A stretch of DNA of 17,277 bases from Thermotogota bacterium (GTDB taxonomy: Bacteria > Thermotogota > Thermotogae > Petrotogales > Kosmotogaceae): assembly GCA_034660555.1 (NCBI GenBank), contig JAYEJL010000046.1, positions 1 through 17,277 on the forward strand, given 5' to 3'. Numbering within the stretch: position 1 is the first letter of the stretch; every line of letters begins with the position of its first letter. The translations under genes and the position numbers were made by a program. A model generated the notes under the pieces. That model ran no database searches and was not told the origin of the DNA. It worked only from the letters and a program-made list of their open reading frames with translations. This document shows, piece after piece, positions 9,499 through 16,416 of this stretch.

Positions 9499-9527
9499 AT
9501 TATACCACGAAAATTCAATTTAGTCAA
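9499..9527 (-). promoter_or_regulatory. Near-consensus sigma70 promoter with extended -10
   Basis: Minus strand TTGACT (9527-9522), 17-bp spacer ending TGG, TATAAT (9504-9499). AT-rich upstream. Confidence 0.75.
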
Positions 9528-9818
9528 TATTTTACTATATAATTCATTATTAACATATATACCAAACTGTGCTTTTTTCAGAGAACTTAATGGTATTGTG
9601 TATTGGCTTTTTGGATGAACTTCTATCTTTTTAGGGGAAGGCTTTCCAGTAACACTTCAAGAGCTACTGATTATATTAGGTTATTTTCGTTCTCAGTAAT
9701 TAATTTATTTAATTGCTTTACAGTATTTATACCTGTTTATTCTACGATAAAAACAGGAATTTAAGACGCTGTACAAATAAAAACTTGGATCATTGATGTA
9801 CATATTATCGGGAAGTTT

Positions 9819-11223
9819 TCATATCGTTTTTTCCTGTAGTGCAGCCTGGGTTTTAAATTTCTTTATTTATCTCAAGAAGAATATCATTGTCACGCTGAAA
9901 GCTGAGAAATCTGCTATGGGGAAAGAAATCCAAATGCTATTCAACCCAAAGAAATTCGGTAATATAAGGATAAGCGGTATTAAAAATAAAATCTGTCTGG
10001 ACATTGATAGCAACAATGCTGGTAATGCTTTGCCCAGGGCTTGAAACATACCTGCTCCAATTACCTGAATACCAATAAAGGGCAGTAGAAGTCCCACTAT
10101 TCTTATAGTTTTCACTCCCTGTTCCAATAACATTTCATCATTACTAAATATGCTTAAAAGAGCTGCAGGGAACAGGTATATGACAAGGAAAGCTACAATG
10201 GAAAGGAAAGCTACAATGGAAAGGAAAGCTACAATGGAAATAATGGTTGCCCAAAATGTGGACAATTTTATGGCCTTTATAGCACGGGAAATTTTGTTTG
10301 CTCCATAATTGAAAGCCAGTATTGGCATAAAACCCTGATTTATTCCAAACATTGGCATTAAAAAAACCATGAAAAGACGATTTATAACACCAAAAACAGC
10401 TACTGAAATGTCGCCACCATAGCTTATCAGCAGGTTATTCATAATTACTCACAAAACGCTTCATGCAATTTGTCTTGCGAAAGCAGAAGAACCAATCGCG
10501 AAGGATTCCCTAATTATTAATTTATCAGGTTTTAAATGCCTCAGTTTTATAGTGACTAAGCTCTTTCCTTTAATAAAATGAACCAGCAAATACAAAGATA
10601 TTACTGATTGAGCTATAACGGTTGCTATTGCAGCATCACGTATACCCATATCAAAAACAAATATCATGATAGGATCCAGAATTAAATTTAGTATTGCTGA
10701 AATGAGCATTGTGTACATTGCGATTTTTGCATTTCCTTCTGCCCTAACGATGTTGTTTGCGGCCATGGCGAAGGAGAAAAAAATCGTACCAAATAATATT
10801 ACACTGAGATAATCTGAAGCATAGGACATTATGGTTGGACTCGCTCCCAAGATTTTCAACAAAGGTTCAAGAAAAACAGTTCCCGTTATGGCCATTACAA
10901 CCCCGAAGAATATTACAACGACAACAACGTTACCTACAGTATGATAGGCTTTTTCGTTCTCTAAAGCTCCCAAACTTCTCGAGATTATCGATGCACCACC
11001 AATGCTAATGAGCATGGCAAAAGCCATAACGAAAATTTGCACGGGGAAAGATATGGAAACACCTGCAATTCCAAGTGGCCCCCCGCTTGACCAACAAAAA
11101 CTGTATCCACGAAATCACGAAATTGTAGAGGGATTGAACGAGCATCCCAATCATTGCAGGAATGGATAGTTTGAACAGGAGCTTACCAACACTTTCATCG
11201 CTTAACATTTTCTGTCTGTCCAT
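9819..11223 (-). pseudogene. MATE-family (MepA-like) efflux transporter pseudogene
   Basis: Three track ORFs join into one MATE (KLSIPAMIGMLVQSLYNFVD, LNLILDPIMIF, GINQGFMPILAFNYGA). ATG at 11223 with GAGGTG RBS. Lesions: 8-bp duplication, -1 in a G run, two in-frame TGA and a probable premature TAA. Confidence 0.92.
10185..10238. repeat. 3 x 18-bp perfect tandem repeat (SIVAFL x3 in MATE)
   Basis: AAGGAAAGCTACAATGGA at 10185, 10203 and 10221. Confidence 0.97.
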
Positions 11224-11359
11224 GAAACACCTCAAAATATTTTTCTAAATATATTACCGTAATTAGTTTACATGCACTACTCTGTCCAGAAGCTTTTCAC
11301 ATAACAGTTCAAATTCAGGTTATAATATTAATGAATACACCAGGATTAAGGGGGGAATT

Positions 11360-11620
11360 ATGGATTACTTGAATGCTAGAGTTGAAAGAGCTTTTCAAAC
11401 AAGGACATCTGCCATTGGTCCAGAAGCAGAACAGCACTGGGAATACTGGGTAAGAGAACTGGAAACAGAAAGAAAGATAACACTGATCGATCCCACAAAG
11501 AGAGATGCTCCCTTTGCTTCTGAAGGTGACATAATAATGGATGTACCTGTTCAATGGGAGGAAAAGGATTTAGCAGTTTTGCTGAATGATAACTTCATTG
11601 TAGATAAGAACAAATCCTGA
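11360..11620 (+). CDS. Hypothetical 86-aa acidic protein
   Basis: AAGGGGGGA RBS before ATG and TATAAT at 11321-11326. No family recognised. Confidence 0.65.
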   Translation: MDYLNARVERAFQTRTSAIGPEAEQHWEYWVRELETERKITLIDPTKRDAPFASEGDIIMDVPVQWEEKDLAVLLNDNFIVDKNKS

Positions 11621-11652
11621 CTCTCTATTTCTTGGTTATTTTATCGTTTAAA

Positions 11653-12432
11653 TTACCAGAAGTTAATTAAAATCAGACCACCAAACATAGCTAATAGCAC
11701 ACTTACAAGGGTTCCTATTAAGTAGTATTCTGCAAAATCCTTATCCGAAAGATTTTTAAATCTTGCCAGCGATTTAGCGGCAATTACAAAGGCAATCGAT
11801 GGTACATTGTTTGTTATAAACAAAGTTAGCACGATTGTTCGTTCGAAAATCCCTATTACCTTTCCTGTTTTAACATTTTCTATATTGGTGGCAGCGTTGA
11901 ATGTTCTTTTTACGGTCTCAGTATCGTTTCTGTAAATATAATCGAAGAGTTTTCTCATGAATACAGCTCCACCAAAAACAACATAAAGATATACAATTAG
12001 TGTAATAATTAATTTTTCTGTTTGCAGTTGACCGATGTTTATTCCTGTATAACGAGATAAATTTGTGGTTATGTTCAAAAAACCATCTGTCAAATTAAAA
12101 CTGAACAGCGGGATAATCAAAACAATTGTTGCTAAATGAATTAACTGATCTACAATTAGAGCGAACAGCTCTCTTTTTTGCGGATTTCCCTTTACAGAAA
12201 TCGTCTTTAGTATGTCAACGAGTATATGTATTATGGATACTAAAAGCGCGAACTGAACTACCACTGATAGTTCATAGGGAATCAAAAATAAAATCATTAC
12301 AATGAATGTGACCAACCAGTGAAGGAATAATCCCTTCAATCTGAGTTCATTCTTGTTTTCTACGATATTATCGGTCTGGAATACAAAATCTGTTAGCACA
12401 TGTGACAAAATTGCCAGCCCTAAAGGAATCAC
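11653..12432 (-). CDS. DUF3307 domain membrane protein
   Basis: HVLTDFVFQT, IHILVD, VDQLIH, GKVIGIFER, AAKSLARF, AEYYLIGTL. GGAGG RBS (12440-12444). Confidence 0.88.
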   Translation of the reverse strand: MIPLGLAILSHVLTDFVFQTDNIVENKNELRLKGLFLHWLVTFIVMILFLIPYELSVVVQFALLVSIIHILVDILKTISVKGNPQKRELFALIVDQLIHLATIVLIIPLFSFNLTDGFLNITTNLSRYTGINIGQLQTEKLIITLIVYLYVVFGGAVFMRKLFDYIYRNDTETVKRTFNAATNIENVKTGKVIGIFERTIVLTLFITNNVPSIAFVIAAKSLARFKNLSDKDFAEYYLIGTLVSVLLAMFGGLILINFW

Positions 12433-12451
12433 AAAATAACCTCCATGTATT

Positions 12452-12527
12452 TCAATTTAAATTCCTTTAATTTAAATATTTAAAGTTAATATACTTTAAA
12501 TAGCAAAAATAAAGTTAATATGCTTTA
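12452..12527. repeat. Three 18-bp palindromic boxes at 29-bp period
   Basis: 12452 TCAATTTAAATTCCTTTA, 12481 TAAAGTTAATATACTTTA, 12510 TAAAGTTAATATGCTTTA. Confidence 0.75.
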
Positions 12528-12530
12528 GTT

Positions 12531-13160
12531 TTAAAATTGTTGTTCGGGAAGCTCTTTGAGCAATAATTCGAGCTTTTCTTCAGCTTCCCTTACTAAGCTC
12601 CATTTTGCGCTACTGCAGTGTTGTTGTATGTTCTGTATAGTGCTTCCTAGAATTTTCGAAGCATTTTCATAGGTACCTGCGCTTTCATATGTATGTACTG
12701 CTTCCCACTGCCTTTCTGTCCATTCTGATTCCAACGAATCGAGAAGTAGAAAAATCGTATTAACACAGGTATCTGCAAACTTACCTCCTGTAATGACGAC
12801 TGTTTTGTATAACCTGTCCTTTTTTGCAATATCCAGTGCATCTCTGGCCTTAATGAAAGTGTTCCCATTGAGATCCCATGAAGAGCGAGCCTTTTGAAGT
12901 TCAGTTTTATTTATTTCACCAATTCCTACTCCTACATGAAGCTTTAATGGCTTGACAAAATATCTCAGTTTCCTTATAACCTTTGCAATGTTATGTGGTT
13001 TCTCAATAACCCCCTGAAGCTCGTCTCCCCTGGAAACAGAAAATGGTATTGCAAGTTCAGGACAATCGAATTTATCGATTTTACTGGTTATCTTTTCTCT
13101 TAAAATATCCTTCTCTCGTGATTTAACTATATCTGCGGTTATTACAGCTAAACTACCCAA
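12531..13160 (-). CDS. satD: SatD-family protein (cyclase-like N-domain + C-terminal HTH)
   Basis: AVITADIVKSR, RGDELQG, VGVGIG, GNTFIKARDALD, and C-terminal WTERQWE...TYENASKILGSTIQNIQQH. GGTGAG RBS and TTG start. Confidence 0.85.
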   Translation of the reverse strand: MGSLAVITADIVKSREKDILREKITSKIDKFDCPELAIPFSVSRGDELQGVIEKPHNIAKVIRKLRYFVKPLKLHVGVGIGEINKTELQKARSSWDLNGNTFIKARDALDIAKKDRLYKTVVITGGKFADTCVNTIFLLLDSLESEWTERQWEAVHTYESAGTYENASKILGSTIQNIQQHCSSAKWSLVREAEEKLELLLKELPEQQF

Positions 13161-13338
13161 TATTACTCACCAGATTTCCCAAAAAACGATAATTTTCCAA
13201 GAATTCTTATGTTCAAGTATATTAAAAACTTACCATACAAATACAGCTAACATTTTACTAAAAATAATTACTTCTCAGAAATTTCGTTCATGCTTCTTTT
13301 TACTTACAATTGAACGTTAAAAAATTCCTGCACAGTCT

Positions 13339-13746
13339 TTAAGTTGCAGGGATATATAAAGACCAGGGAGAAATCAAATGAATTATCACAAGTATCCATA
13401 TTAGGAACATCAACAATCCATGTACTCTGATCCATTTATATTTAAAACGCTCAACTGTTTTACCTAATACAAAGACAATAAACTGGGTCAGGATTCCAAA
13501 GAAAACAAGCGTACCTGTATGAATTGCAAAATCGTAATTTAATGCTAGGTAGCCATGTAAAAAAGATGTGATTAGTAATATTCCTCCGGTCCAGGGATGC
13601 ATTTTTCTGAAGAAAAAAAGAGCTTTTCCTACTCTTTTTTTTGTAGCCTTATTTATTCTCAACCTGACTATAATTCTAAGAGCAAATAGAGTAGAGTTAA
13701 AACTTAGAAGTATAAGATTCAACCAACCTAACAGTTCTGGAATCAC
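13339..13746 (-). CDS. Four-TM membrane protein, putative di-heme b (ferric-reductase-like TM domain)
   Basis: Two H-x13-H helices (HPWTGGILLITSFLH and HGLLMFLIWILVIIH). GGGGAG RBS. Confidence 0.65.
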   Translation of the reverse strand: MIPELLGWLNLILLSFNSTLFALRIIVRLRINKATKKRVGKALFFFRKMHPWTGGILLITSFLHGYLALNYDFAIHTGTLVFFGILTQFIVFVLGKTVERFKYKWIRVHGLLMFLIWILVIIHLISPWSLYIPAT

Positions 13747-13955
13747 TAAAAACTCCCCCTACTGAACATTTTTAAAATGAATAACGATATACAACTCTAA
13801 AGTAAGTATAGACAACTTATATTCTAACAAGTTTTTGATCAAAGACCATCATACATACCTTGCATTCACCGGTTTTTTTGTCTGTTATTTCGTAATGATT
13901 CTCTCATATACATGATAAGATTTCTTTATGAAAAAGAATCCTGGCGAAAAACCAT

Positions 13956-15065
13956 TTGAAAATTCAACCAAAAAACAAATACCACCATTTGTTAATGATG
14001 AATTGTCCACACTTTTATTATAACTATCTCGGTAGAAACTACAAACCAACAAGACCTGAAAACACAAAGAATATGTTGAGAAGATGCTTATACTACACCG
14101 TTTCTACAAATAATGCCGATAGTCTCGAACATGTTATCAAATCTGGCACAGAGCCTGAATTGTTTTCGCTACTACAGGCTTTAAAAAAGCAGTCTGGAAT
14201 AATTACAAACAAAATAGGAGCACTTATAGGAAAATCGTTTGTAACAGATTTCGCTTTAGGTAGATTGTTAAGATTACTGATAGAAAACGATAGTTCCCGG
14301 GAAGAATGTCTACGAAATCACTTAAAGAATAGATGGTCAGAAACAAATGATGGGAGATTACTGGAATCATTACTAAAAGTTGCAATGCTTTCTGCAGTTG
14401 ACTTTTTAATGAAAGAAGATATAAATAAAATTGTTGGTAAAAGAACAAAAGCAGATTTAATTCTCGCATTTTCCGATTACTGTTCCTTATTCAAAAAGAG
14501 TATTTTTTTATCGCATATAAGCTCCATTTTTAATGAGATTTCCAGGAATGATCCTGCGCTGGGATTCTTCATTGAAGACAACCTTTATGAATTAAATAAA
14601 AATAAAGTAACTAAGAAACGAGATAATTCCTCACTATTTTTTCAATGGAAGGAATTATCTGGTTTTTTAAAAAATATTGTTGCTGATTCAGAAACTACTG
14701 TACTTCAGTTCATGTTTTATGGTGATCCTTCTATGTCCGGTAAGAAGAACACCGGGGGATTAACAACCTTTCTTATTGCTCTTGGCAACGAACTTGCGAA
14801 AAAAGCAAATGTTATCACGATTGGTATACTCCCGGTAGTTAAGACACATGAAGGGAGTATATACAAAGCTATTTCAGAACATCATGCTTTATTGAGAATC
14901 CCTCTATATATAACCTCTTCATATAACCTCTTCAAACCAAATCGAATTTATAGAAAAGTTCTCACATATTAAGCGTATGATAACCAGGCTGTTCAGACTG
15001 AAATCTTTGATAACTTCAATATTGAAAATATCTCAAAACGTTATGTAAAACTTTATCAATCATGA
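13956..15065 (+). pseudogene. Disrupted GT-B (GT4-like) glycosyltransferase with long N-terminal extension
   Basis: VLQFMFYGDP...NTGGLTTFLIALGNELAK is a GT-B N-terminal motif. Frameshift from a 13-bp duplication (14908-14933). Orphan GT4-like C-terminus EIFDNFNIENISKRYVKLYQS* at 15000-15065. True start uncertain. Confidence 0.65.
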
Positions 15066-15537
15066 AGAATTGACTATCAAAAAATGAAAGTGTAAGAAAT
15101 TAAATCAAGCAAATTTTTATGAGTATCATTTTTGATATTTCAACTTATCTAAAAAATAGAAAATTTGATTTTTCCGGATGCAAAGTTGTAAAATGATTTT
15201 GTGGGTGGTAAGCTCGTTTATTTTTATTTATTGCACAGTGTTAATGCTGATGCATTGGGGCAAGAGTATGAAACTCTTACCCTTGTATTGTAAAGATTTG
15301 CTCAATTTTTGAAAGTATAAAATACAATTTGTTTAATTTAACTTACCAAAGAAAATATTAAAATAAAATTTTTCTAAGGTTGACCAAAAAAAGTTTATGC
15401 AACTTAAAATTATCTATATTTATTTGTTTTGATAATTTAACCATTACTAATATTATATGTATAGAACAACAAGAATGTTTATTGTGAACATTTTTGTTGT
15501 AGTTGTAGTGTATGCGCTGCTGTAACCCCCTAAAACT

Positions 15538-15572
15538 GGGACGGTTAAGCGATATTCCGTCCCTATTTTTTT
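15538..15572 (+). terminator. Terminator-like hairpin in a long leader
   Basis: GGGACGG (15538-15544)...CCGTCCC (15557-15563) followed by TATTTTTTT. Confidence 0.7.
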
Positions 15573-15596
15573 GAAAAATTTATATTAACATAGAAG

Positions 15597-16399
15597 ACGA
15601 GAAAAACCAAAGTGACGAGAAGAACCGAAAAGACGAGAAGAATCCAAGTCACGAGAATTCGAGGAAAACCAAGAAAACGAGAACGCGAGATGTGATTAAA
15701 TAATAATTACGACATTAGGCGTTGGATTTAACAATAAGTAGATAAATTATGGGTTGTGCGTGATTCCACCGTTGAGGGTGGTCAGCTGTACTTAGCTGGG
15801 GGTGTGATTTTGGGTTATCCGCCGCAGGCGCATATCCGATTGCTTCCCAAATCGCACATCAGCATTTAGCACTTGAATTTGCCTACAACCCACAACCTAC
15901 CACGCACAACGTTTTCTGATTCGTTGAACCGTCGATGGACCAAGCTTGCAATAGGCAAGCATTGGACGAAGTGAAACGTTGGACCAAACGGAGTGTTGGA
16001 CGATGGACGTATTTTTTTACTCTCGGATTCTCGTCACTTGGTTTTTCTCGTTTTCTCGGTACTTCTCGTCTCCAGTTTATATTCTCCTCTCAGAGAGGAG
16101 TACCGCGAAGCGGGGAGGTGTGTCAACCCAAAGAAAAATGAACACACCCAGCCTCCGGCAGCCCTCTCTAGAGGGCATTAGAACGAATCGGTTCACGGAA
16201 AACGGTTCACAGTTCACGTGTTTTAAGTTATATTTATGCACCAGTCGATGGACGATGGACCAAACGAAGTGATGGACGTGTTTTTTACTAAACCCTAAAC
16301 CCCAGACCCCAGACCCTATACCCGATTTCTATAAATTTTTCAGCTTCTTGTTTTATGAACTTTGCGTACAACGTACAACCAACAACGTTTTCTCGTTTT
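15597..16399. repeat. Mosaic of short tandem repeats with nested inverted and direct repeats
   Basis: ACGAGAA/TTCTCGT arms, ACAAC heptamers, GATGGAC blocks, GTTCAC repeats and ACCCCAG heptamers (details in findings). Confidence 0.85.
16084..16176. repeat. REP/MITE-like palindromic element
   Basis: CTCCTCTC-A-GAGAGGAG, CCGC-GAA-GCGG, GGTGTGT/ACACACC, GCC-TCC-GGC, GCCCTC-TCTA-GAGGGC. Confidence 0.65.
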
Positions 16400-16416
16400 A
16401 CAGGAGGAGGTTTCTA

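Noticed and set aside
10449..10463. TGA recoding (Gly, Trp or Sec) in MATE
   Set aside because: The same gene has frameshifts, and TGA is a normal stop at 1032-1034 and 11618-11620.
9284..14469. Other short ORFs (9284, 9321, 9793, 11315, 12647, 13568, 13885, 14224)
   Set aside because: They overlap better-supported genes or signals and show no motifs.
15753..15910. tRNA or known riboswitch
   Set aside because: No T-loop, D-loop or CCA features, and no recognisable aptamer consensus.
15935..16272. Three overlapping ORFs (62-97 aa)
   Set aside because: They are translations of repeat DNA with no RBS or recognisable protein features.
15597..16399. CRISPR array
   Set aside because: Units are 7-18 bp and degenerate, with no constant repeat plus unique 30-40 bp spacers and no cas genes.
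9819..16399. Intact IS element or prophage
   Set aside because: No transposase, integrase or phage genes in the window.
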